A stretch of DNA of 64,000 nucleotides, from the NCBI GenBank assembly GCA_002708995.1, contig PAPT01000031.1, forward strand, positions 7,902 to 71,901, given 5' to 3'. Source of the DNA: Geminicoccus sp. (GTDB lineage: Bacteria; Pseudomonadota; Alphaproteobacteria; UBA7985). This document shows, in pieces, positions 30,099 to 39,429 of the stretch (position 1 is the stretch's first letter; every line of letters begins with the position of its first letter). The notes under the pieces are model-generated. The model had not been told where the DNA came from, did no database searches, and saw only the letters and a list, made by a program, of their open reading frames with translations. A program made the translations under genes and the position numbers.

Positions 30099-31070
30099 AT
30101 GTCCAACACCCCCACCGGCGCACCGGAAATCATCGATCAGGCCTGGCGCAAGGACGCGCTCAAGGGCTCGGCCTATGAGCTGACTTATGCGGGCACACTG
30201 TCCTACGCCCGGCGGCGCTACAGCCGCGATTTGCAGGGTGTCGATATCGCCGTCTCCGGCATTCCCTTCGACAGCGCGGTGACCAACCGCCCCGGCTGCC
30301 GTCTCGGCCCGCGCGCGGTGCGGGCGGCCTCGACCCAGCTGGCCGAGCTGAACTCGTTTCCCTTTGGGTTTGACCCCTTCGACACGCTGGCCGTGGTCGA
30401 CTATGGCGACTGCGCGCTGAACGCCCACGCGCCGATGACCGTGCCCGACGATATCGCCGCCCATGCCCGTGAGATCCTCGCGACCGATACGGCCATGCTG
30501 ACCTTCGGCGGTGATCACTTCGTGGCCTATCCGCTGATCAAGGCCCATGCAGAAAAGCACGGGCCGGTGGCGCTGCTGCAGTTCGACGCGCACTGCGACA
30601 CGTGGGAGAGCAGCGGCCCGCTCGACCACGGCACAATGTTCCTCTCGGCGGTCAACGAAGGCCTGTTCGACGTCGATCACAGCATTCAGGTCGGCCTGCG
30701 CACCCACAACGATATCGATGTCGGCATCGAAGTGCTGACCGCGCCCTGGGTGCACCGCTACGGGGTCGATGCAACGCTGGAGGCGATCCGCAAGCGGGTC
30801 GGCGACCGGCCGGTCTACCTGAGCTTCGACATCGACGTGCTCGACCCGGCTTTTGCCCCCGGCACCGGCACGCCGGTCAGCGGCGGGCTCGCCAGCTGGC
30901 AGGCGCTGGAGCTGATCCGGGGTCTGGGCAGCCTCAATATGGTGGCCATGGATCTGGTCGAAGTCTCCCCGCCCTACGACCACGCGGAGATCACCGCGCT
31001 GGCCGCAGCGACCGTCGCCTACGACTGGCTGTGCGTGATGGCGCAGCGCCGTCAGCAGGGCCTGTGGTAA
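30099..31070 (+). CDS. agmatinase / guanidino-acid ureohydrolase (arginase superfamily)
   Basis: 323 aa. Mn-binding motifs GGDH, DAHCD, SFDIDVLDPAFAPGTGTP characteristic of the agmatinase (SpeB) / guanidinobutyrase family. Confidence 0.8.
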   Translation: MSNTPTGAPEIIDQAWRKDALKGSAYELTYAGTLSYARRRYSRDLQGVDIAVSGIPFDSAVTNRPGCRLGPRAVRAASTQLAELNSFPFGFDPFDTLAVVDYGDCALNAHAPMTVPDDIAAHAREILATDTAMLTFGGDHFVAYPLIKAHAEKHGPVALLQFDAHCDTWESSGPLDHGTMFLSAVNEGLFDVDHSIQVGLRTHNDIDVGIEVLTAPWVHRYGVDATLEAIRKRVGDRPVYLSFDIDVLDPAFAPGTGTPVSGGLASWQALELIRGLGSLNMVAMDLVEVSPPYDHAEITALAAATVAYDWLCVMAQRRQQGLW

Positions 31071-31106
31071 GCACGACTGTCCAGTGAAGCAGGAGGGGTA
31101 GCAGCG

Positions 31107-31841
31107 GTGAGTGTAAAGGTCGGCATCCTGATCTGTGGGCACTTTATCGAGGAGGTCGCGGCGGTCTACGAGGACTACCGTGCGCTCTATGCGCCCATGC
31201 TGGGCGAGGGCTTCGACTGCCAGCCCTATTTCGTTGTGGACGGTGAAATGCCGGCCGCGGTCGACGAGCAGGACGGCTGGCTGGTCTCCGGCTCCCGCCA
31301 CGGCGCCTATGAGGACCACGCCTGGATTCCGCCGCTCGAAGATTTTCTGCGCGCGGCCTATGCGGCCGTCGTGCCGCTGGTGGGCATTTGCTTTGGGCAT
31401 CAGGTTCTGGCGCAGGCGCTGGGCGGACGGGTCGAAAAATTCGACGGTGGCTGGTCGATCGGCCCGACAGAGTACGCCTTTGCCGACGGTCACCGTGAGA
31501 CCGTCGTCGCCTTTCATCAGGACCAGATCACGGCCAAGCCCGAGGCGGCCGCAGTCATCGCCAGCACCGATTTCTGCGCCTTTGCCGGGCTGGCCTATCC
31601 CGGCCCGACTATCAGCTTCCAGCCGCACCCGGAATTCACCCTGGCCTTCATCGGGGACTTGCTTGAGGCCTATCAGCACCGGCTCGACCCGGCAGTCGTC
31701 ACCGACGCCAGCGCGCGGCTGAGTACGCCGCTCAGCCAAGGCGGTATGATCGGCCAGATCCGCGACGTGCTGCGTGGCGGCGAGGCTATGAACGCCGCGG
31801 CGGCTGTTGCTGAGGCGCCGGCGGGCGCTGAGGCGGGCTGA
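31107..31841 (+). CDS. class I glutamine amidotransferase-like hydrolase (PuuD-like gamma-glutamyl-GABA hydrolase candidate)
   Basis: GTG start with aggagggg SD. Catalytic Cys-His pair context GICFGHQ and HPE. 244 aa, consistent with the C26/GATase1 family. Confidence 0.65.
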   Translation: MSVKVGILICGHFIEEVAAVYEDYRALYAPMLGEGFDCQPYFVVDGEMPAAVDEQDGWLVSGSRHGAYEDHAWIPPLEDFLRAAYAAVVPLVGICFGHQVLAQALGGRVEKFDGGWSIGPTEYAFADGHRETVVAFHQDQITAKPEAAAVIASTDFCAFAGLAYPGPTISFQPHPEFTLAFIGDLLEAYQHRLDPAVVTDASARLSTPLSQGGMIGQIRDVLRGGEAMNAAAAVAEAPAGAEAG

Positions 31842-32740
31842 TGGTCAGCTTCGGCAAGGACCGGCTGGAGCCGCTGTTCAAGGTCGGGCTGAAGCCGCTC
31901 GATCTGGCGCAGTGGTTCGAGCCCGATGGTGATCTTGCCGCCTACCGGGCGGAGAAGGACCGGCTGACGGCCAGTGAGGGCGATCTGGTGTTTCGCGCTG
32001 AACCGGGGACTGAGGCTGCGCAGGCGGAAGTGCGCGCGCTGCTGACCGACAATCTCGCCCGATACCACCCGGATATCAGCCTGCCCGAAGACAGCGGCAG
32101 GCCGGACCTGCTCGAGGCGGCGCGCTGCGTGCAGGAAGACCTCGTGCTGATGCGCTTGGACCCGGATGCCGACCCGGCGCGCTGGCGCATGGTCGCGGCC
32201 TCACTGCATTTCCCCTCGAGCTGGAAGCTGGGCGAGAAAATCAGCCGCCCGCTCGATGAAATCCACGACAATGTTCCCGGGTTCGGCCCGAAGACCCGCA
32301 ATGCCGGGCTGATGGCGCGGATCTTTGACGGGCTGAAGGTCGAGCAGCCGGTGCAGCGCATGAACTGGACGCTCTACCCCACGCCCACGCTTCACCATCC
32401 CTATTCAGCGCGCGACCGTGGCGCCAACCCCGACCGACACACCCTCGATGCGGAGTCTTTCATCCGGGTCGAGCGCCAGACCCTGCGCAAGCTGCCGCAG
32501 TGCGGCGATATCCTGTTCACCATCCGCATCTATATCGACCCGATCGCGGCGTTGTCGCGATACCCGGAGGCGCTGGCCGCGCTCAAGACCAACCTGCAGG
32601 CGCTGACCCCGGCAGAGCGGGACTACAAGGGCCTGCGCAAGGCCCTCGACGACGTCATCGCGGTTATTGAGGGCTTAGAAGGCACTGGCGATCAAGGCAC
32701 TGGCGAGGGCGGAACCTCCTGGGATCAGGCAGGCCCGTGA
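31841..32740 (+). CDS. conserved hypothetical protein (possibly DUF3445-like)
   Basis: 299 aa with no catalytic motif recognised by eye. The start overlaps the amidotransferase stop, and its own stop overlaps the helicase GTG (GTGA). The family assignment is memory-based and uncertain. Confidence 0.35.
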   Translation: MVSFGKDRLEPLFKVGLKPLDLAQWFEPDGDLAAYRAEKDRLTASEGDLVFRAEPGTEAAQAEVRALLTDNLARYHPDISLPEDSGRPDLLEAARCVQEDLVLMRLDPDADPARWRMVAASLHFPSSWKLGEKISRPLDEIHDNVPGFGPKTRNAGLMARIFDGLKVEQPVQRMNWTLYPTPTLHHPYSARDRGANPDRHTLDAESFIRVERQTLRKLPQCGDILFTIRIYIDPIAALSRYPEALAALKTNLQALTPAERDYKGLRKALDDVIAVIEGLEGTGDQGTGEGGTSWDQAGP

Positions 32741-35382
32741 GCCGGGGTGCCTTACAGCAACCGAGCCATCAGGCCCCAAGCCTGGGCACGGATGTCGGGC
32801 TGCCGCCGACCTTCACGCGCTGGTTCGAGGCTCGAGGCTGGGCACCCCACGCCCACCAGCTGGCCATGCTCGAGGCCGCGCAGGCGGGGCAGTCGGCCTT
32901 GCTGACCGCACCGACCGGTGGGGGCAAGACGCTGGCGGGGTTTCTGCCCTCGCTGGTCGAGCTTGCCGGTCAGCCGGATTTCGAGGGGCTGCACACGCTC
33001 TATATTTCGCCGCTCAAGGCGCTGGTGACCGACATCCGCCGAAATCTCGAAACCCCGCTGGGGGAGATGGGGCTGGCTATCACCGCTGAGGCGCGGACGG
33101 GTGACACGCCCGCCAACCGCCGCGCGCGCCAGCGTGAGCGCCCGCCCCATATCCTGATGACCACGCCGGAGAGCCTGGCGCTGCTGCTGTCCTACGAGGA
33201 CAGCGACGCTTTCTTCGGCAATCTACGCTGCGTTATCCTCGACGAGCTGCACGCTCTGGCGACCAACAAGCGCGGGCACCTGCTCAGTCTGGGTGTGGCG
33301 CGGCTGCAGAGCCTCGCGCCGGATCACCGCCGATTGGGTCTGTCGGCGACGGTCGCCGACCCGCAGTATTTGCTCGACTGGCTGCACCCGGACGCGGGGG
33401 CTGTCCCGAAGGCCGGCGCCGGCGTTGCAGAAGACGGTCACGAAGGCGCCGCTGCGGCAGGCGCGGCGCGCGTGGTCCATGTCCGCGGCCGGGCCGGGGC
33501 GCGGCCCGATATCCGCATCCTTACCCCCGAAGACCATATCCACATGCCCTGGTCGGGGCACATGGCCGTGCACGCCATGGAAGGGGTCTATCGGCTGATC
33601 CGAGATGCCGGGATGTCGATCGTGTTCGTCAACACCCGTGCGCAGGCCGAGCTGTGCTTCGCCGAGCTGTGGCGGCTCAATGAAGACGGCCTCGCCATTG
33701 CCATGCACCACGGCAGCCTCGAGCGTGAGCAGCGCCGCAAGGTCGAGGCTGCCATGGCCGCCGGGACGCTGCAGTCGGTGGTGGCGACCTCATCGCTGGA
33801 TCTGGGGATCGACTGGGGCAGCGTGGATCTGGTGGTGCAGGTCGGCGCGCCCAAGGGGGTCAGCCGCCTGATGCAGCGCATCGGACGGGCCAACCACCGC
33901 TTTGACGAGCCCAGCCGCGCTGTGCTGGTCCCGGCCAACCGGTTCGAGGTGCTGGAGTGTCAGGCCTGCATGGACGGGGTCTGGGCGGAGGAGCTCGATG
34001 GCGACCCGGCCCGGCCCGGGGGGCTGGATGTTTTGGCCCAGCACATCATCGGCATGGCCTGCGCCTGGCCCTTCCAGCCCGACGATCTCTACGCCGAGGT
34101 GATCCGGGCGCGGCCCTTCCGCAACCTCAGCCGGCAGGACTTCGACGATACGCTCGGTTTTGTCACCGATGGCGGTTACGCCCTGCGCGCCTATGAGCGC
34201 TACCAGCGCCTGCTGACCCTGCGCGACGGGCGACGGGGGATCGCCGACGGCCACCACGCGCGCCGCTATCGCATGAACATCGGCACCATCGTCGAGGCGC
34301 CGACGCTGAAAGTGCGGCTAGGGAATGGTTTTAGGCGGGCGCTGGGGGAGGTCGAGGAGTTCTTCGCTAATGGGCTGCGCCCGGGGGATACCTTCATTTT
34401 CGCCGGGCGGCTGCTGGAGTTCATCAAGATCGACGAGACCAGCCTGATCTGCCGCGCGGCGCACAAGAGCGTGCGCGACCCGGCGGTGCCGGCTTACGGC
34501 GGCGGGCGCATGCCGCTGACGGCCAACCTGGCCGACCGGGTGCGGGTCATGCTCGAAGACCCGTCCGGTTGGGCGCGCCTGCCCGACCCGGTGAGCGAGT
34601 GGTTGCAGCTGCAGGCGGCGAAGTCGCGCCTGCCCAGCGCTGACCGGCTGCTGGTCGAGACCTTCCCGCGCGGGGAGCGCATGTATCTGGTTGCCTACTG
34701 CTTCGAGGGGCGGAATGCGCACCAGACGCTGGGCATGCTGCTGACCAAGCGGCTGGAGCGCTTTGGCTACGCGCCGCTGGGGTTTGTCGCCTCGGACTAT
34801 TGCATCGCGACCTGGTCGCTGCGGGTGCCGGAGACGGCCGAGGCGGTGGCTGAGCTGTTCGATCAGGACATGCTCGGCGACGATCTGGAGGCGTGGATGG
34901 ATGAAAGCACGCTGCTCAAGCGCACCTTCCGGCGCTGCGCGGTGATAGGTGGACTGATCGATCAGAACGTCATGGGGCCGAACCGGACCCGGCGGCAGGT
35001 GACCTTCAACAATGATATTATTTATGACGTGCTGCGCCGCCACGAGCCCGGTCACGTGCTGCTGCGCGCGACCCGGCAGGATGCGGCCGGGGGGCTGACC
35101 GACGTCAGCCGGCTTGCCGATATGCTGGTGCGGTTTCAGGACCGGATCGAGCACGTGCACCTGCCGCGGGTATCCCCCATGGCGGTGCCGGTCATGCTCG
35201 ATATTGGCAAGGAAGGGGTGGCTTCGGCGAGCTCGGCCATGGACGAACTGCTGGATATCAGCGCGGCGGCATTGATCGGCGAGGCGATTGGTGATGAAAA
35301 GGACGGCGGGTCCGATGCTGAGGGCGTCGATCTGGGCGCCATGGACCTCGATGCCATGGCACGCCTGTTGGAGGGGCGCTGA
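32737..35382 (+). CDS. Lhr-type (ligase-associated-like) DEXH-box helicase
   Basis: 881 aa. Motif I TAPTGGGKT, motif II ILDELHAL, motif III LSATVAD, followed by helicase C and a long DEAD/H-associated C-terminal domain. No DNA ligase, PdeM or exonuclease gene is adjacent. Confidence 0.8.
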   Translation: MSRGALQQPSHQAPSLGTDVGLPPTFTRWFEARGWAPHAHQLAMLEAAQAGQSALLTAPTGGGKTLAGFLPSLVELAGQPDFEGLHTLYISPLKALVTDIRRNLETPLGEMGLAITAEARTGDTPANRRARQRERPPHILMTTPESLALLLSYEDSDAFFGNLRCVILDELHALATNKRGHLLSLGVARLQSLAPDHRRLGLSATVADPQYLLDWLHPDAGAVPKAGAGVAEDGHEGAAAAGAARVVHVRGRAGARPDIRILTPEDHIHMPWSGHMAVHAMEGVYRLIRDAGMSIVFVNTRAQAELCFAELWRLNEDGLAIAMHHGSLEREQRRKVEAAMAAGTLQSVVATSSLDLGIDWGSVDLVVQVGAPKGVSRLMQRIGRANHRFDEPSRAVLVPANRFEVLECQACMDGVWAEELDGDPARPGGLDVLAQHIIGMACAWPFQPDDLYAEVIRARPFRNLSRQDFDDTLGFVTDGGYALRAYERYQRLLTLRDGRRGIADGHHARRYRMNIGTIVEAPTLKVRLGNGFRRALGEVEEFFANGLRPGDTFIFAGRLLEFIKIDETSLICRAAHKSVRDPAVPAYGGGRMPLTANLADRVRVMLEDPSGWARLPDPVSEWLQLQAAKSRLPSADRLLVETFPRGERMYLVAYCFEGRNAHQTLGMLLTKRLERFGYAPLGFVASDYCIATWSLRVPETAEAVAELFDQDMLGDDLEAWMDESTLLKRTFRRCAVIGGLIDQNVMGPNRTRRQVTFNNDIIYDVLRRHEPGHVLLRATRQDAAGGLTDVSRLADMLVRFQDRIEHVHLPRVSPMAVPVMLDIGKEGVASASSAMDELLDISAAALIGEAIGDEKDGGSDAEGVDLGAMDLDAMARLLEGR

Positions 35383-35465
35383 AAAGGCCGCTGAGCGGGA
35401 GTGCTGAAAAGGGCGCGCAGGCTCGATAACAGCCGGCAAGCAGAAGAGAGTAGAACAGAACACCC

Positions 35466-35945
35466 ATGACCGACGTCCGCTTTTACCACCTTACCCGCAC
35501 CCGGCTCGAAGACGCCCTGCCGGTCATGCTAGGGCGCACGCTCGAGCGCGGCGGCCGGGCGGTGGTGCGTCTGGCCACGCCCGAGCGGCTGAAGGCGCTG
35601 GACGAGTGGTTGTGGACCTTCGACGATGCCGCCTTCATCCCCCACAGCAGTGAGGGGGGGCAGCACGCGGCCGACCAGCCGGTGTGGCTGACGCTGGGCG
35701 AGGATAACCCGGCGGGGGCCGGCTTTCTGTTCGTTGGCGAGGGGGCGGAGCTGGCTGGATTTGAAGCCTTTGAGGTCTGTGCAGTGCTGTTCGACGGCCG
35801 GGTTGAAGAAGCCGTCGCCCGAGCCCGCAGCCAGTGGGCGGTGGTCAAGGCAGCGGCTGAGGCCAAGGAACCAGCCAGCGAGGCACCCCACGCGCTCAGT
35901 TACTGGCAGCAAAACGATCGCGGCAGTTGGGTGCAGGCGCAGTAG
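35466..35945 (+). CDS. holC: DNA polymerase III chi subunit
   Basis: 159 aa. N-terminal VRFYHLTRT...LPVMLGRTLERGGRAVV... follows the chi-subunit pattern (FYxL start, Rossmann-like layout). Confidence 0.7.
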   Translation: MTDVRFYHLTRTRLEDALPVMLGRTLERGGRAVVRLATPERLKALDEWLWTFDDAAFIPHSSEGGQHAADQPVWLTLGEDNPAGAGFLFVGEGAELAGFEAFEVCAVLFDGRVEEAVARARSQWAVVKAAAEAKEPASEAPHALSYWQQNDRGSWVQAQ

Positions 35946-36178
35946 TTTCAGCGGTCCGGCCTTGGCTTGTGTGTTGGTTCAACGCAGAGAAGAACGTTGC
36001 GCGTGGGAGGGTCGCAGGCCGCGAAGCGGCCCAGAACCGAGCGCGCCACCGGCTGCTGATCGCTGGTATCCAACGCCGCCGCACACCAATCAACGGGGCT
36101 TTGGTGGCGGGCTTGCTTTGACGCCGCTTCGCGGCTTTCAAAGCGCGCCCGCGCAACCCCTGCGATTGACCTCTGGCT

Positions 36179-38191
36179 TCATTCACCGGACGCGGCTTCG
36201 AGCGTGGTCGAGAGTTCCAGCCAGGCCTCTTCGGCCTCTTCGAGCAGCTTGTCCAGCTCACCCAGCTTTTTCTGCCACGCAGGCACTTTGGCTGACTTGA
36301 CCGGATCGCTATAGACGGTTGGGTCGGCGAGCAGGGCGTGGCCTTTATCGATTTCGGCCTGAATCTTCTCCACCCGGCGTTCGGCCTCGGCCACTTGCTT
36401 CTTCAGCGGCGCCAGCGCTGCACGGGCGTTGGCGGCTGCCTGCCGGGCCTGCCGACGCTGTTCTGCGCTCTGGCTCCCTTCGCTCTGGTGCCCTTCGCTC
36501 TGGCGCCCTTCGATCGGGGCGCCGTCGCTCTGGCCCGCTTGCATGGGAGCGCCGTCGCCTTGACCGTCGTTGCTGAAGCCAGCACGCCCGTTTCGCCCGC
36601 TGCGGTTCTCCCGCTGGGCATGACGGCGCTCGGCCAGCAGCTCGCGGCGGTAGTCATTCATATCGCCCTCGAAGCGCTCGACCTGTCCACCGCGCACAAT
36701 CCACAGCCGGTCGGCCGTCAGCTCGACCAGATGCGGGTCATGTGTGACCAGAATCACCGCCCCCTTATAGCCGTTGATCGCCTGCACCAGCGCCTGACGG
36801 CTGTCGACGTCCAGATGGTTGGTCGGCTCGTCCATCAGGATGATGTGCGGCGCTTCCCGGCTGATCAGCGCGAACAGCAGCCGCGCCTTCTCCCCACCCG
36901 ACAGAGCCCCAATCCGTGTTTCCGCCTTGTCCTCACCAAAGCCGAAGCGGCCCAGCTGAGCGCGAACCACTGTCTCCGTCGCCTTGGGCATGAGCGTCTT
37001 CAGTGTCTCAAGCGGCGTGCTGTCCACTGACGGCTCATCGGTCTGGTGCTGGGCGAAGTAGCCGATCTTGAGCTTGCCCGACTTCTGTACTAGCCCCTCG
37101 CGCACCCGCAGCCGCCCGGCCAGCACCTTGAGCAGGGTCGACTTGCCGTTGCCGTTGGCGCCGAGCAGGGCGATGCGGTCATCGCTGTCGATGCGCAGGT
37201 TGACCCGCTTGAGCACCGCGGGGCCTTCGCCGTATCCGACTTCGCCGTTGTCGATGGTCAGCAGCGGGGACGCCAGCGGCCGGGGCTCGGGGAAATCGAA
37301 GGTCACAGTCCATTCGTCGGCGACCGAGGCGATGGGCTGCATCCGCGCCAGCATCTTCAGCCGCGACTGCGCCTGCCGCGCCTTGGTCGCCTTGTAGCGG
37401 AAGCGGTCCACGAAGCGCATGATATGGGCGCGCTGAGCCTCCTGCTTCTCCTTTTGCCGGACCAGAAGCGCCATGCGCTCGGCGCGGGTTTTTTCAAAAA
37501 AATCGTAGTTGCCCTTGTAGGCAGTCAGCGACTGCGCCTCGAGGTGCAGGATATCGGTTACCACCGAGTTGAGCAGGGCGCGGTCGTGGCTGACGATCAG
37601 GATCGTGCCGCGGTAGGCCTTCAGATAGGCCTCCAGCCACAGCGTGGCCTCCAGATCGAGATGGTTGGTTGGCTCGTCGAGCAGCAGCAGGTCGGGCTGG
37701 GTGAACAGCAGCGCGGCCAGCGCCACGCGCATCCGCCAGCCCCCTGAGAAGGCCGAGCACGGCTGGGCCTGTGCTGCCTCGCTGAAGCCCAGCCCGGCAA
37801 GGATCCGCGCCGCTCGGGCGGGGGCAGAGGCTGCAGAGATGTCCTCGAGCCGGGCGTGAATACCGGCGATCTGCTCGGGGGGCAGGTCGGGGCGCTCCAG
37901 CGCATCGAGCAAGTCGGCACGCTCACGGTCGGCGTCCAGCACGGTATCGATCAGCGATCGCTCACCCCCGGGGGCGTCCTGCGTGGTTATGCCCATGGAC
38001 CAGCGCCCGGGGAGCTGGATATCACCGGCATCGGGGACGATATCACCGCTGATCAGCCGCAGCAGGGTCGATTTACCCGCGCCGTTACGCCCGACCAGCC
38101 CGATCCGGTGGTTGGCGTAGAGCGTCGCCGAACAGCCCGAAAGGATCGGCCGCCCGGCAATGCGGTAGGTCAGGTTCGAAATCGACAGCAT
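36179..38191 (-). CDS. ABC-F family ATPase (Uup-like), two ABC domains plus C-terminal coiled coil
   Basis: 670 aa. Two Walker A sites ([18 protein letters not shown]), two LSGG signatures, inter-domain linker, and a K/R/E-rich C-terminal helix. A short Q/S/E/G-rich repetitive segment precedes the C-terminal helix. Confidence 0.85.
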   Translation of the reverse strand: MLSISNLTYRIAGRPILSGCSATLYANHRIGLVGRNGAGKSTLLRLISGDIVPDAGDIQLPGRWSMGITTQDAPGGERSLIDTVLDADRERADLLDALERPDLPPEQIAGIHARLEDISAASAPARAARILAGLGFSEAAQAQPCSAFSGGWRMRVALAALLFTQPDLLLLDEPTNHLDLEATLWLEAYLKAYRGTILIVSHDRALLNSVVTDILHLEAQSLTAYKGNYDFFEKTRAERMALLVRQKEKQEAQRAHIMRFVDRFRYKATKARQAQSRLKMLARMQPIASVADEWTVTFDFPEPRPLASPLLTIDNGEVGYGEGPAVLKRVNLRIDSDDRIALLGANGNGKSTLLKVLAGRLRVREGLVQKSGKLKIGYFAQHQTDEPSVDSTPLETLKTLMPKATETVVRAQLGRFGFGEDKAETRIGALSGGEKARLLFALISREAPHIILMDEPTNHLDVDSRQALVQAINGYKGAVILVTHDPHLVELTADRLWIVRGGQVERFEGDMNDYRRELLAERRHAQRENRSGRNGRAGFSNDGQGDGAPMQAGQSDGAPIEGRQSEGHQSEGSQSAEQRRQARQAAANARAALAPLKKQVAEAERRVEKIQAEIDKGHALLADPTVYSDPVKSAKVPAWQKKLGELDKLLEEAEEAWLELSTTLEAASGE

Positions 38192-38326
38192 GGCAGTGGT
38201 TTAGGGGGCGGGGCAGGGCAGGACAAGGGTGCCTTTCCCAATGAAGGCTGGACCTGCCCGCAAAAGCCGCCTACACGGCGGTGGAATCTACCCCTTCCAC
38301 TCCATTCTGTTCAGGGAACCACCACC

Positions 38327-38743
38327 ATGGGACGCACTTTTTCCATCATTAAACCCGACGCGACCAAGCGTAACCTCACCGGCGCGATCAACGCGATGAT
38401 CGAGGGCGCGGGCCTGCGCATCGTCGCGCAGAAGCGCGTGCTCATGACCCAGACCCAGGCCGAGCGCTTTTACGCGGTCCACGCTGAGCGGCCGTTCTTC
38501 GGCGAACTGGTCGAGTTCATGATGTCCGAACCGGTCGTCGTGCAGGTGCTCGAGGGCGAGAACGCCGTTGCCCGCTACCGCGAAGTCATGGGCGCAACCA
38601 ACCCGGCCGAAGCCGACGAAGGCACGATCCGCAAGGCACACGCCCAGTCGATCGGCGAGAACTCCGTCCACGGCTCGGACTCCGATGAGAACGCGGCGCT
38701 GGAAATCGCACAGTGGTTCTCCGAGGCGGAAATCGTCGGCTAA
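38327..38743 (+). CDS. ndk: nucleoside diphosphate kinase
   Basis: 138 aa. [12 protein letters not shown]...NAVHGSDS... is a near-canonical Ndk. It is the C-terminal part of the artefactual ORF 37856..38743. Confidence 0.9.
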   Translation: MGRTFSIIKPDATKRNLTGAINAMIEGAGLRIVAQKRVLMTQTQAERFYAVHAERPFFGELVEFMMSEPVVVQVLEGENAVARYREVMGATNPAEADEGTIRKAHAQSIGENSVHGSDSDENAALEIAQWFSEAEIVG

Positions 38744-38773
38744 ATCGCGCGCTGACGAGCACGGGTCACAAAA

Positions 38774-38816
38774 GAAAAACGGCGCTGGGGCTTACTGCCT
38801 CGGCGCCGTTTCCGTT
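38774..38816. terminator. bidirectional intrinsic terminator
   Basis: aaaagaaaaa-CGGCGC-tggggcttactgcctc-GGCGCCG-tttccgtt. Lies between convergent ndk (+) and the small membrane protein gene (-). Confidence 0.5.
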
Positions 38817-38843
38817 GGATTATGGCTCCTTGCCGGTGCCCGC

Positions 38844-39122
38844 TCAGAGGAAGCCCAGCAGCCAGGCGCCGAGTTTCCACAGTAGACCAAAAATACCGAA
38901 ACCGATGCTCAGCAACACGGCCGTGCTGACCGATCCGCCCATGAACACAAAGGCAATGGCCATAACGACGGTGGCCAGGATAATCAGCGGCATAGGCACC
39001 CCGAACAGGGCGGCGAGCAGCAGAATGATCATCCCGCACAGCAGCGCCAGCACGCGCGAATTGGCCATCATGCCGGAAAAGGTGGTTTTCTGAGCCTCGG
39101 GGGCGAGATCGTGGTCAGACAT
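38844..39122 (-). CDS. small integral membrane protein (hypothetical)
   Basis: 92 aa. Two or three predicted helices (VLALLCGMIILLLAALFGV, LIILATVVMAIAFVFMGG, LLSIGFGIFGLLWKLGAWLLGFL). aagga lies 13 nt upstream. Confidence 0.4.
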   Translation of the reverse strand: MSDHDLAPEAQKTTFSGMMANSRVLALLCGMIILLLAALFGVPMPLIILATVVMAIAFVFMGGSVSTAVLLSIGFGIFGLLWKLGAWLLGFL

Positions 39123-39429
39123 GTCGGTTCGGATCCTTGGAACATATCGCGGTTAAAGGTTTGGCCCCTTAAATAACCGGGCTTGAGGGGCGGAGCAACA
39201 CTCCTTGCTGCAAGGGTCGCGCGAAGTCTTGCATTCTTCCCGTTTCCGGTCGTTTCCGAACCTGGACGGCTCCCGCGCCGCCCCCGGACTGCACCCCGAT
39301 CAGGGCACGCGGCGCGGTTTTGACAAGCCAAGGCGCGCGGGATGCTTTAGGACTGCCACGATGGCGCTATGAATGGCGTTCAGGACCAGCCTGAGCGGCG
39401 CCCGGCAACGGGCCTGAGACGAGAAAGGG

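Noticed and set aside
30057-31739. 560-aa minus-strand ORF
   Set aside because: Antisense to the agmatinase and GATase1 genes, which carry clear catalytic motifs. Low-complexity Gly/Arg/Asp composition.
34318-35463. 381-aa minus-strand ORF
   Set aside because: Antisense to the Lhr-type helicase 3' half. No motifs. GC artefact.
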